A stretch of DNA of 48,619 bases from assembly GCF_006345805.1 (NCBI RefSeq), contig NW_021834500.1:1-48619 (forward strand), given 5' to 3'. The DNA comes from Octopus sinensis. Lineage: Eukaryota. The notes under the pieces were generated by a model that made no database searches, was not told the origin of the DNA, and was given only the letters and a program-made list of their open reading frames with translations. Shown one piece after another: positions 23,912 through 36,802 of this stretch; the first letter of the stretch is position 1, and each line of letters begins with the position of its first letter. A program made the position numbers and the translations under genes.

Positions 23912-26900
23912 GTTTAATGTCTTCGTACCATGTCTTCTATTTGGTTCACCAGCCCTCAGTCAAAATCTAGCATGGGTTGGATGATTTTGACTGAGGGCTG
24001 GTGAACCAGATGGTTGCACCAGGCTCCAATCTTGATTTGGCAGAGTTTCTACAGCTGAATGCCCTCCCTAACGCCAACCACTCCGATAGTGTAGTGGGTG
24101 CTTTTTATGTGCCACCGGCACGGGGGCCAGTCAGGCGGTACTGGCAACGACCTCACTCGAATCCTTTGACACATGCCACCAGCACAGGTGGTAACGATCA
24201 GGCTTGAATGGTGCCCTTTTACGTGCCACTGGCACGGAAGGCAGTTGGCTGCTCTGGCAACGATCATGCTTGGATGGTGATCTTGGCACCCTACTAGCAC
24301 AGGCACAAGTGCCAGTAAGGCGACACTGGTTACGAACATGCTCGAATGGTGCCCTTTAAGTGTCACTGTCACGGAAGCCGGTTAGCCACTCTGTTAATGA
24401 TCATGCTCGTATGGTGCTCTTTGCACCCTGCCAGCAGGGACGCCAGTCATCAAATTTGATTTTGATTTTGCTTTTGATTGATTTGATTTCACTTTGCTCA
24501 ACAGGTCTTCGCAAGCAGAGTTTTAGTGACCAAAGAAGGAAAAGGTTACGTATAAGTGGGCTGGTTATGCCCCTGGCATAGGCAATGAGATTATGGTTTC
24601 ATTTGGCTTGCCGGGTCTTCTCACACACAGCATATTTCCAAAGGTCTCGGTCACTAGTCATTTCCTTGGTGAGGCCTAAAGTTCGAAGGTCATGCTTCAC
24701 CACTTCATCCCAGGTCTTCCTGGGTATACCTCTTCCACCGCTAGGATGTGACACTTTTTCACACAGCTGTCCTCATCCATTCTCGCCACATCACCATACC
24801 AGCACAGTCGTCTCTCTTGCACACCACATCTGATGGTTCAACTTTTCTCTCAAGGTACCTACACTCTGTCGAGTATGCACACTAACATTACACATCTATC
24901 GGATCATACTGGCTTCATTCCTTGCGAGCTTACGCATGTCCTCAGTAGTCACAGCCCATGTTTCACTGCCATGTAGCATGGCTGTTCGTACACAAGCGTC
25001 ATGCAGTCTACCTTTTACTCTGAGCGACAGACCCTTTGTTGCCAGCAGAGGTAGGAGCTCTCTGAACTTTGCCCAAGCTATTCTTATTCTAGCAGCTACA
25101 CTTTCAGCGCACCCCCTCCGCTACTGACTATCAACTACTTCTAGATTTTCTCCCTGGAATGTGGCAGAAGTTGGTTTCTGCGCATTTTCAGTGCTTATTG
25201 CTCCCGAGCATCTGCCACATACAAAAACTTTCTTCCCAGTTAGCCTTCCTTTGATATTACTGCACCTCTTATGTGTCCATAGCTTACACTGGGTACATCT
25301 TATAGAGTTTCTGCCTACGCCTCTACTACAGATTGAGCAGGGCCATCTACCTGAAGGGATTTGTGGCTTGTCTGCCTTCCTACATATTAGGACTTTGGTT
25401 TTAGCTAGGTTGATCCTAAGGCCCTTCGATTCTAATTCAAGTCTCCACACTTGAAACTTTGCCTCCAGTTCTGATAGTGACTCAGCAATTAGAGCAAGGT
25501 CATCAGCATATAGGGGCATCCTATCTTGAATTCTTCCGTTATTGCCTGGATGACTATGATAAATAGGAGGGGGCTGAGGACAGAACCTTGGTGGACCCCT
25601 ACGTCTACCCTGAATTGCCAACCCTCACCTTACAGCATCCCTGTACATGGCTTGCACAGCTCTCACTAATCATTCATCTATCCCTAGTTTCCTCATTGAC
25701 CACCAGATAAGGGATCGGGGGACCCTGTCAAAGGCTTTCTCCATGTCAACGAAAGCCAGGTACAGGAGCTTATCTTTGGCTAGGTATTTCTCCTGCAGCT
25801 GTCTTACCAGAAATATGGCATCAGTGGTGCTTTTCTCTGGTACGAAACCAAACTGCATCTCATCCAAGCTGACTCTCTTCCTAATCAGTCGGGCTATGAC
25901 CCTCTCCGTAACCTTTATTACCTGATCCAACAGCTTGATACCTCTGTAATTATTTGTATCTAAAGCGTCACCTTTACCTTTGTAGTAGTTGACTATTATG
26001 CTGCTACACCAGTCATTGGGTATGACTCCTTCGTGTATCACCTGGTTAACTATACGGGTGACTAGGCTATAGCCGACACTGCCAGATATTTTAAGCATCT
26101 CTGCAATAATTCCTGATGGGCCTGGGGCTTTCCCTGTCTTCATGCTTCTAATTGCCTTAACTACCAAATAACTGTCAACTTGGATAGCTGGTCCCTCTGT
26201 TGGGTCGACATTCAGCAGACTCTCTTTATCCTATTCATTTTCTTTATTCAGCAACCTTTCATAATGGTGTCTCCAAACCTCTCTCTTTGCATCCTCATTC
26301 AGCACAAATGAACCATCATCCATGCAAACACATTTCTCTCCTACCACATCACGATTCTCTCTTACACACTGTCTTGCAACATGAAATACCTCAAATCTTT
26401 CGTCCTCACGGCGCAGAACATTGGCAAATCTTTTCTTATTTGCTTCCCCTCTGGCTAAATAAACCTGCCTCCTAGCTTCCCTCCTGGCAGTCTGATGCAC
26501 TTCCCTGCTACCACCGTTCTTCCAGTCCTTCCAAGCCTGTTTCTTTTGTCTAATAGCCCTGTCAACAACATTGTTCCACCACGACGTTATTTTGTGTCTT
26601 GAGGGGACTTTGCACCATCCACAGATCTGGTCGGTGGCCCTTAGCAGGTTGTCCTGTAGGAACCTCCAGTTGTCTTCTATACCATGTGAAGCGATATCTC
26701 CTATTTCGTCAAAGGCTTCGAGTAATATGTTTCAAGTCTCCAGACCCTTCTTCTCCTTGCTGGTCGTCTTCTGGGCATCCATTTAGCCCTTACCCAGAAG
26801 TCATTAACTACCAGTCTATGTTGTGGGGTACATTCTTCGCCTGGGAAGGTTTTGGCATTTATAAGCAGCCATCTTTCCTTTTTTCTGGTGAGGATGTAGT

Positions 26901-27900
26901 CGATCTGACTAGTGTGTCTGCTAGCGCGGTAGGTGACTAGGTGGCTGGCAGGTTTTCTGAAGTTAGTATTGCAAACCATAAGATCATTTGCGTCACAGAA
27001 CTCCAGCAGCCTGGTTCCCTCCTCATTGTGAGAGCCAAAACCGTAGCCTCCATGTATGCCATGGAAGCCCCCGACATGTTGTCCAACAAGTCCATTGAAG
27101 TCGTCAGCCACAAAAAGAAGGTCCCTGTCATTTGTCAACGCGGTAGTCTGCAAGAGGGTGTCATAGAATCGGCCTTTCTGTCCATCGGGTAGCCCTGCCT
27201 GAGGGGTATAGGCTGAGATAATGGTTGCTAACCATGATGGAGCGCTAATCTAATCTTAAGTATTCTGTCGCATACTCTGACTACCTCAATTACTTTATCT
27301 ACCCATTTCTCCGCAAAAAGTATACCCACACTCCCAACCCCATCAGTATTCCCTGCCCAGAAAATCTTGTTCCTGCGTTCTTTGCCTGTGAGAAACCTAG
27401 CAGAACCTCCTCTCCACCTTACTTCTTGGATGCAGCACATATCAACACATCTCTGTTCAAGCATTTCAACAATCTTACCAGACCTACCTTTCAGTGTGCC
27501 GATGTTGAGAGTACCAACCCTGAGGATGTGGGAGGTATGGGCCCTAGAGACCCTGGGATGGAGGACAGTGGTGTCATGTACATGAAAAGAGAGCTCGCAT
27601 TTGGCAGAATTCGTAAGCAAACAATGATCTTAAGTTCAACCTACTTACACTAAACTAGCATGTTTTGCACTGTATGATCACTACCTTATATAGTAGGGGT
27701 GGGGTTGGCGTAAGGCCTTTAAGGTGTTCATGGGAGACAAGCAAAGGAAGACGAGATAGAGACTTCCAGTACAAGTGGAGGGGTGGGAGGGCGGGCGTAC
27801 TGCCGCGAACTGGCAACCATGGGCTAGAAATTAAGAGACAGAAAAAGGCCGATAGATATCTATCGGCATATAATGTAGGAATTAGATAGACAGAATGAAG
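23872..27900 (-). mobile_element. Near full-length RTE-clade LINE, disrupted, with (ATG)n tail
   Basis: Minus-strand ORF pieces LRVGTLNIGTL, CIQEVRW, DFNG, QIDYIL, KAPGPSG, DMEKAFDRV and YADD; 3' UTR runs to the (CAT)n tract at 23872-23911. Confidence 0.9.
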
Positions 27901-28111
27901 GCCGATAGATGAGCCAGTGGGTGGGGGCTCAGAACACATCTATCTCTTTTTTTTCCTTTCATTCTCTCTCAATTTTTTTCCTCTTAATCCTTTCTGTTGA
28001 AGAACATATACTTGAAACACAAAAGACTTTCCCATTTTTCATGAGCATTAAACTACTACACCTGCTTGTTGTCCTACACCTGTCTTCATCTTTTGCTTTC
28101 TGTAAATATCC

Positions 28112-28760
28112 TTTTCGCCTTCGGCCCAGTGCGTCCATGCTGCCAACAAAGCACGTGGAATTCTGTTCTTGATTCGACGGTCATTCGGAATGCTCACAGC
28201 AGCCATATTCCTACCACTCTATGTCACGCTGGTGAGACCCATACTGGAGTATGGGATTCAAGCCTCTTCTCCTTATCTCCTCAAAGACATACAGCATCTC
28301 GAAAGAGTCCAGAAGCTGGCTACCCGCATGGTTCATGGTCTCAAAAATTTGTCCTACGAAGAAAGGCTGAGGACGCTCGACCTTTATTCTCTTGAAAAAC
28401 GCCGCCGCCGTGGTGATCTCATTCTCGCCCACAACATCATAAGCGGAAAGTGTAACCTCTCGAAAGAGCTGTTCTTCACCCCTGCTCCAGAGCGTCGGCT
28501 GCGGGGTCATTCCGAAAAGCTCTACCTGCGACGATTTCATCTCAATCGAAGGAGAGGAGCTTTCTCCGTCCGGGTTGCGGATCCGTGGAACAAGCTGCCA
28601 GACGAGATGGTGAAGATGCCGACGACCGCTTTGTTCAAAGCCTCCCTGGACCTCAAGTGGCCTGAACTCTTTACATGAACACCACCCTGTACTTAACTCC
28701 ATGTCCCCCTACATGGCCTTGCTATTTGCTTTTGAGCCAAATTAACTAACTAACTAACTA
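28112..28760 (+). mobile_element. CR1-group LINE 3' fragment with (TAAC)n tail
   Basis: ORF 28169 LVRPILEY..LERVQKLATRMV..LYSLEKRRRRGDLI..FSVRV..WNKLP; tail at 28742-28760. Confidence 0.88.
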
Positions 28761-28777
28761 TCAGATATGTGTGTGAG

Positions 28778-28817
<40 letters not shown>

Positions 28818-28877
28818 ATATAATATATATATATATACACACACACACACAAATAAAATGATTTTATTTTATCGCAG

Positions 28878-29066
28878 AGTTACTGACTATTTCAATGCAA
28901 TATACAAGAAGCATAAAATTGCACCTGGGGATCCTCCCCCAAACATACCTTCACTGTCAGGCGATTTCTTCACCTATGCTGATCGAGATGACCACTACTG
29001 GAGTGGCTACTATACCTCGCGCCCCTTCCAGAAGGTTCTTGACCGAGAGATGGAACACCAGCTGCG
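28878..29066 (+). CDS. MAN2A: Golgi alpha-mannosidase II internal exon
   Basis: [25 protein letters not shown] motif; CAG acceptor at 28875-28877, GTAAG donor at 29067. Confidence 0.9.
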
Positions 29067-30311
29067 GTAAGCCAAATACTTGCCATCCAACTAGTTATAA
29101 CTGGTTGTTGATGTTTAGTCCAAGGTCAAATGAATCAAGCAAACCTAGGACCAAAGGCATTATGGCTATGACCATTTCATCTCTTAACCCTTTAGCATTC
29201 AGATTGCTCTGTCAAATGTAATGCTTATTTATTTACATTGAGTTGAATCATGCAATCTGAATCATGTAACTTTGAGAGTTCAATGATGCAGTTATTCATT
29301 TTTAGAATGACATTGTAGGGTTGGTGTGAGAAGCCAAATCTGACCAATTAGAATGTAAAACAAATAGAATATTTGCGCTGGATATGATTGGCTCAAATAC
29401 TAATGGATTAAGGAGATATAGAATTTATGTCATTTATTGTGTCCTTCCTTTTTTTAAGATTGTAAAATGTAAGTTGAGGGAGATTTAGCTTTAGCCCTTC
29501 AAGAGTCCATATACAGGATTCTCATTGACTTATCATCTGACCAGTTGTAACTAGCTGTTGGTGTTTAGCCACAGTTCAGTCTTTATTGAGCAGACCTTTG
29601 ACCAAATGCACTCTATAAATGACTTTCTCATCATTTTGATATACCTTTTACTTCTTTAAGAAAGTTGTGTTTGAGTTAAAGGAGATTTGGCTGCTATTTG
29701 TATTAGTTCCAACTACCTTTTTTGGCAATTGTAGACATGCATAAGACAGTAGGTTTGATTTGAGGGAGCTTTGACTACTTTTTCTATCAGGTCATTTTAT
29801 CTTATAAAAGTCTCCCTGAGTTGTTTAAATGTACATATATGTATACATAAGACAAAAGGGTGTGATTTGAGAGATTTTTGGCATACATTGTGTCAGTTTT
29901 AGCAACTGTTTAGTGATATACTTCATAGATGTATATGTACATCATTTCAACATTTCTTCCAACATACAATTGCACATCAAGGATCTTGCAAACAAATACA
30001 GAAATTGTGTGTGTGTGTGTGTGTAAATATATATGTGTGTATGTATATATATGTATGTGTGTGTATGTATATATATATATATATATATATATAGAATATG
30101 GGGTTCACTTGTGATCTAAACAAATAAACAAATAGGTATGCTGGGTAAATTGGGTAAATGATGTAATAGATTATCAGGGTTCCAAGCACGTAACCATTTT
30201 ACATTGTTGATTTAGCAGATATATATTTGTGAAAGAGGACAACGAATGCTGAGGCACAACAAGCATCTCAAGTCATATACATTATTTTATATTATTCTGA
30301 AATTAGTTGAG

Positions 30312-30386
30312 GTCTTACAGCTGTTTCTGGATATCCCAAGTGATAGGCAAGTATGCCTGAATATGGGGTACTCTGTCATCAGAGAC
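30312..30386 (-). ncRNA. Minimal type I hammerhead ribozyme
   Basis: Minus strand GTCT-CTGATGA-...-GAAA-CAGCTG-TA-AGAC. Confidence 0.75.
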
Positions 30387-30524
30387 AAGTAGAGAACATA
30401 TAAAAGATCTAGACACGGAAATATTCAGATAAAAGATCTAGACATGGAAAATTTGCAGATAATAAGCAATGAAATAGAAGAATAGAGAGTAAGGAAATAA
30501 AGATCTTTCATATGTTTTTTACTT

Positions 30525-30600
30525 GTCTCTGATGATGGAATGCCCCATATTCAGGCATACTCACCTATCATTTGGGACATCTCAGAAACAGCTGTAAGAC
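30525..30600 (+). ncRNA. Minimal type I hammerhead ribozyme
   Basis: GTCT-CTGATGA(30529)-...-GAAA(30585)-CAGCTG-TA-AGAC; canonical core, palindromic helix III, GUA triplet. Confidence 0.78.
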
Positions 30601-30779
30601 CTCAACTAATTCAAGAATAATATAAAATAATGTATATGACTTGAGATGCTTGATATGCCTCTGCATTTGTTGTCTTCTGATCGATACCTTTGGCAATGTG
30701 CTCTGCTTAAGAGGATTCATCAAGCCAATTGCACCTGTACTAGTGGCATATAAAAAATTCAACCTTTGAACATTGGGCT

Positions 30780-31128
30780 TCACAGAGGCAAAGTGGCTGT
30801 TCCTTTTGAGTGTTGGGCCTCATGGAGGCAAAGTGGTCGAGTTCCTTTTGAGTGTTTGGCCTCACGGAGGCACTGACCAAAACCTTTGGCAATTATGTTG
30901 TGCTTGAAAAGAAGATCCTTCAAACTGAGCAAAATCGCAGTTGTGCCAGTGGTGAAAGCACCCATTATGCTCTCAGAGTGGTTGATGTTAGGAAAGGCAT
31001 CCAGCCATAGAAAACCATACCAAATCAGACTGGAGCCTGGCACAGTCTTCCAGTATGCCAGCCCAGTCAAACCATCCAACCCATGTCAGCATGGACAACA
31101 GACGTTAAATGATGATGATGATGATGAT
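30780..31128. mobile_element. RTE/SINE tail remnants with ~40-bp tandem units and (ATG)n tail
   Basis: Repeats at 30785-30872; AGGAAAGGCATCCAGCC..CCAACCCATG..(GAT)n. Confidence 0.65.
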
Positions 31129-31133
31129 ATATA

Positions 31134-32821
31134 CAGGGTGATTGGGCTAAATTTGGCAGTTTGCATATAAGGAAAAGAAAACAATATTCCATCCAAAGAT
31201 AAAGATATTCTAAAGAAAATCAAAGTATATTATGGCTAGGAAGTAACATTTTACCCAAATTAGCTACCTGCAGCTTCTGTCACAGCCTCTAGATAACTCT
31301 GGAACCTCGCACATGCATTCCTTATTGTGTCCTTGGAAAGATCTTTGAAAACCTCTTTGATCTTGGCCACAAGCTCGGGCCAGGTGTTGCAGACAGAGTG
31401 GTAGATGCCTTTCTCAATGACACCTCATACATAATAATCCTTAGGGGCCGGTGAAGCCATACAAATTCTCCAACAGCCACTTCTGACTTTTTCCAGAGTC
31501 AAGGCCACACACATGGCCTTTTAGCAGCAGTCCTCTACAGCCAGAGTTTGACTACAGTCTCAGCAGCTTCACATAGCTGTCTAAATTAAGCCTAATCCCC
31601 TGTTCACCAGTTGTTGGATGAAATTCCACATGTGGACATGTCATAATGCCTACTATGTCCTTCCTGCTCACTATGGCTTTGTAGATTTTGCTGCAGCTGT
31701 CCATGTCATATCTTATAACCTATGAAGTGTTCACAGAGCATTGAACAGGAGTTAGGATGTTGGCATTTTGACACCCAGCATCAATCATCATCAGTCCTCC
31801 ATGTCAACTAACCTTTTTTCACCTCTTTAATCTTTATGCTCACCAACACTGTCCACCAATACATCAAGCTAACAAAAAAACTCCACTTTTCACACACTTT
31901 ACCTCAACAAACCAAACCACATCTCTTCACTTCCTCCCATTTCCTTTTTCTCATGCCCTATGCTTATGCTTATCTCTCACTCCCCAATCCTGTCATCTCC
32001 CACTCCCTCTATATACCCAGTTTTCAACAGTCACTGCATTCCCCATCCCCACACTCCTTACATTCCTACTCATGCACCTTTGGCAATACCTTACCATTTA
32101 TATTCTGAACCCCATACCTTGACGGTATGCCATAGCACTTCACCACCATCTATCTCTCTCTTGCTCTATTCTACCAGCCTATCTATATTCTGATTTCACT
32201 TCCTTCTCAGTATGCCCTGGCACTTCTCCACCATCTCTCCTCTGCTCTCGCTCTCTCTCTCCCTCTCACTGGTTAACCATGTATCTCCTCTACAGCCACA
32301 CACCTGTTTCTGTCCTCATTCTTGATCACTTCCCACCTCTGGCCAAGTAACCATGTATCTCTTTAGCAAGTCACCTCTTTCTATCTCTCTTTCACACTCT
32401 AACCTTTCATAATCTGGCACAAGATCACCCCCCTCCAATGCTCTCTCCCCTCTCAAAAGATCTTTGTCTTGCGAGTTACTCAGTGCCCATACCAATGCTG
32501 ATACCATGTAAAAAGCATCCAGTCTATATTGTAAAGTGGTTGGCATTTGGAAGGGCATCCAGCTGTAAAAATCATGCCAGAACTGACCTCGCCTATGCTG
32601 GTGCCATGTCCACTCTCTGGGATGGTTGGTGTTAGGAAGGGCATCTAGTCATATAAACCATGCAAAAACAGAGACTGAAGCTTGGTGCAGTCTTCCGTCC
32701 AGCCAGTTTCTCTCAAACCATCCAACACATGCCAGCATGGAAAGGATGATGAAGATGATGATGATAATATTCCTTTAAAAAATGAGACATAAAAATAATG
32801 AAAGTTAGCCCAAACCCTCTG
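31134..32821 (-). mobile_element. Degenerate Tc1/mariner (maT-like) element with internal insertions
   Basis: Ends TA-CAGGGTGATTGGGCTAAATTT and AAAGTTAGCCCAAACCCTCTG-TA form imperfect TIRs; minus strand 31260-31440 translates DYYV*GVIEK..IRNACARF. Confidence 0.65.
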
Positions 32822-33202
32822 TATATATATCTTTACCTCTAACGATATATTGAAAAATAATTTGGAGATGATGTTGAAACTATTAGCAGCTTCAACATTT
32901 TCATAAGCTAGAATTACCCTGGAAATGGCTTTTTTTGTCTGTATGAAAACACTAAGAACATTCTCTCTTACTCTCTATTCCTAAATTACCACCATTATAA
33001 AAAGTAAAAATAAAAAAAAACACTCCATGAATTTCATTCAGACTGTAGGTTGTAATTTCAGGGAGATTGGCTGCTATTTCTAGCATATTTAGCTACCATT
33101 TAGAGGTTTCCCCTGTTAGCTCGTACATACATACTTAAGATCAAAGGGTGTGATTTGAGGAAGATTTGACTGCTATTTCTAGCAGTTCAAGTGACTGTAG
33201 AG

Positions 33203-33486
33203 TAAGAGTTCTCAACCATTTTTTACCTGTGGACACATTTGATTACTATTTTATTCTGGTGGACCCCCATAGCCATTCAAAGTTTTGTTTTTCACACATT
33301 GACTTGTGTCGGTTGAACTACGTAAAATGTTAGAGAAAGAAACCTAACTGTTTCTGCAATACTTACCAATACATATATCTAAAGCAAAATTCTTTCAGGG
33401 GCCTTCAAAATACTGTTGTAGATCCCTAATTTACTATTTTGCTGCATGGCCTCTGGTTTTATATGGACCCTGGTTGAGAACCACTG
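33203..33486. mobile_element. hAT-type MITE
   Basis: Ends GTTCTCAACC and GGTTGAGAACCACTG (CAGTGGTTCTCAACC-type TIR); left end degenerate. Confidence 0.6.
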
Positions 33487-33629
33487 TCTTTATAGCATTT
33501 GTAGGTGGTGTGTGCTGTGACATTGCTTTTTTAGTTGCCTTGATTTAGCTTACATTCATGGGATGCATTTTTATGAAATGTCAGGTGTCAGGCATGTGCT
33601 TTATATCTTGTATTGTGTCTGTTATACAG

Positions 33630-33812
33630 GAGCGCTGAGATCCTTTTCTTTCTGGTCAGTCGGTATCTTAAGATACATGATGGCATCAAATTCCCTCTCA
33701 TAGAGTTCATGCAGAGTCTGGTTAATGCTCGACGGAACATTGCACTGTTTCAGCACCATGATGGTATTACGGGGACTTCCAAGGACGTCGTAGTTGACGA
33801 CTATATTGACAG
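33630..33812 (+). CDS. MAN2A: Golgi alpha-mannosidase II internal exon
   Basis: SAEILF..ARRNIALFQHHDGITGTSKD; phase-compatible with the 28878-29066 exon (CG|G); AG/GT bounded. Confidence 0.9.
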
Positions 33813-33889
33813 GTTTGTATCATTGTCTGCTTGTTTATTCTGTGCATATATGTATGTGTCTGTATATGTAATATATACTAGGTATATTT

Positions 33890-35412
33890 AGCCACAGGAG
33901 AAGTAGAAAGAAAGAAGTCTGCTGGTGTTCTGCAGCATGAGGACCAGGGACTTGAGGTGTTTGGGATTGCAAGACAGTGTATCAGAGAGAATTGCGATGC
34001 TGTAGGAGAGAAGAGTGCATTTGCAGTTAGTTATTCTGCAAAGAAAGAGACTTGGAGATTCCACTATGTGAGGCTGTTAAATGTTGAGAACACATGTGAG
34101 AAGAGGAGTCTGTCCAATGTGGATCCAACAGAGGAACCAGCTATCCAAATAGACAGTAGCTTGACTGATAAAGCAATTGAAGATATGAAAGCAAAGAAAG
34201 CCCCTAGCCCTTCAGAAATCACTGCTGATATGGCCTAGTTATCTGTAGAGTTAATCAGGTTATCAACAATGGAGTCATACCCAATGGCTGGTGTAGCAGT
34301 AACTGCTACAATGGTAAAGGTGACACCTTAGATAGAAACAATTACAGAGGTATCAAATTGGTGGACCAGATGATGAAAGTTACAGGGATGGTCATAGTTC
34401 AACTAATTAGGTTCAACTAATAAGAGAGTTAGCTTCGATGAGATGCAGTTTGGTTTTGTACCTGGTAGAAGCACTACTCATGCTATCTTCCTGGTAGGAG
34501 AAACATGTAGCCAAGAATAAACCTGTATTTGACTTTTGTTGACATATAGAAAACCTTTGTCAGGGTCCCCTGCTCCCTTATCTACTGGTCAATGCAAAAG
34601 CTAGGGATAGATGAGTGTACAATACATGTACAGAATGATGTCAGTAAGGTGAAGGTTGATAATGAGTATAGCAATGAATTTAGTAGGAGTTCACCAAGGA
34701 TCAGTTCTCATCCCCCTTTTGTTTATCATAATCCACCAAGCAATAACAGAGGGATTTAAGATCCCTTGGGAGCTCCTCTATGCTGATGATCTTGTTTTTA
34801 TAACTGAATTACTACCCAAACTAGAGAGGAAATTTCAGGTATGGAAGCAAAGTCTGGAATCTAAAGGCCTTAGACAAATCACAAGTCTCTTCAGAGAAAT
34901 GGCTTTGCTTGGATATGTAAGAAGGGTGTTGGTAAAAACTCCATATGTTGTACTCAGTGCAAGCTTTGGACACATAAGAGCTGTATTGGTGTCACAGGAA
35001 GGCTAACAATGAAAGTAGTCTTTGTGTGTGGCAAATGTGCAGGTACAATAAATACTAAGAATGTAAAAGCAGATTGTATTATGCCTGTGTACATACAGCT
35101 ATGTTACCTGGCAGTGAAACATGGGCTGTGACTGCAGAGGACATGAGAAGGGTTGAAAGGATTGAAGCCAGCATGCTCTGCTGGATGGATAATGTCAGTA
35201 AAGGATTTAAGAGAAAAACTAGGTTTCAGGGGCATCAGTTGTAGTGTGAAAGAGGGAAGACTGCACTGATATGATCATGTTATGCATATGGAGGTGGATA
35301 GCTGCATAAAGAAGTGATGATTTCTAATCGTGGAAGGAACATATGGAAGGGGCAGACTCAGGAAGATGTGGGGTGAAGTGGTGACGGATCTTCAGATGGC
35401 AAGAGACTGAGA
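33890..35412 (+). mobile_element. Degenerate RTE LINE fragment
   Basis: ARQCIREN, KAPSPS, HQGSVL and LLYADD pieces, collinear with the other RTE copies. Confidence 0.8.
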
Positions 35413-35712
35413 CCAATATTCTGCAAGAACTTGTTTATCATGTTCTTGCAGAATATTGGAAATGAATGACACTGCTTCTGTGATAGTGACAATCATTTAC
35501 AGTTATCACACAACACAAAACAAAAGACCCACGCACGTGTGCACACACACATACACACATATATGTACACATACGATGGGCTACTTTCAGCTTCTGTGCA
35601 TCAAATCTCCTCACAAGATTTTGATCAATCTAAGGCTGTCACATAGCAGGACTGAACCTGCAACCAGTGGTCAGAAAGTAAGCCTCTTTTACGCAACCAT
35701 GCCTGTGCATCC

Positions 35713-35765
<53 letters not shown>

Positions 35766-35781
35766 TACACACACACACACA

Positions 35782-36802
35782 CAGTGCAGATGGTATTTGA
35801 GGACAGATTTATGCTTTTTAAAAACACTTATATAATAACAGAAAGAAACTGTATTTTTAGAAAAATAACATAAACATAAATCTAAATTATTATTTTAATA
35901 ATTTCATTCAATAAAACCACCATAAGCATCAATAACTGCCTCTACATGGGGTCGAAATCATTTACAATCTCAGATTAAATTGTCCTTGTTCATATTGAAC
36001 GACTCGAACTATGGTGGCTTTCAAAGAATCTTTAGTGCTATGGGGGTGTTCATTGACATTTTTCTCGACAATGCTCCATACAAAGTAATCCAGTGGATTG
36101 AGATCTTTAGAGATATAAGGCCTTCCATTGTAAACACTGTTGATCCAAAGCTTAACAACTTTATCCAGAACCTCAATATATACAGCAGTATTCATCCTAA
36201 GGCCTTGTAGAAAAAAGTGAGGAGGCATCACATGTCCTTCATTGTTAACAGCATCCAAAAACATGACACTTGCAGGAAGTTTTGTATGCATTACTCTTGG
36301 AACCTCAGAAGTGTCTGTACATAGCCACCTGTTATCTGTTAGTTTTCTGGTCCTGGTCAAAGTTTTCTCATCTGAGAAAAACCAAATCATACCATCTTCT
36401 GATGGATATTTAAGCTTGTTCAAAAATCTTTTGATTCTGATTAAGCAGTTTTCTTTTGATTTTTCTGACATTAATTGACCTCTCCTCATCATGTAAGATT
36501 TGTATCAGATACCTTCACGCACAACATTTCTGATTATTTTTCTGACACAGAAAATTTTTTTTGCAATTGACCTCATTGATTTTCCTGGATTGTTTTCAAT
36601 GTTTTGCTTAACTTCTTGAATAAATTCAGGTGTCCTGATAGAATCAGAATGTGTGGAATGTTTTTTTATGTTTTGATACAGGTAATACGCTTCCTCTAAC
36701 TCCTACCAAATCTTGTGGACAAAAGATCTTGCAACTTTCAGAAAACAAGAAATTTCTAAATCACCATGTTTAGCCTCCAAAGCCACCATCAAAGCATGCC
36801 AT
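35782..36802 (-). mobile_element. Tc1/mariner maT-like transposase pseudogene
   Basis: WFFSDEK and DLNPLDYFVWSIVE in ORF 35962..36492; N-terminal FLKVARSFVHK at about 36710-36800. Confidence 0.8.

Larger units (their letters stand above)
30235..30677. mobile_element. Inverted-repeat element with a hammerhead in each arm
   Basis: 30235-30410 is the approximate reverse complement of 30501-30677. Confidence 0.8.

Noticed and set aside
27990-28030. TTGAAGA...GAAACAC hammerhead-like spacing in a dispersed repeat (related tail at 47613-47680)
   Set aside because: Core and helices too degenerate to call from this copy.
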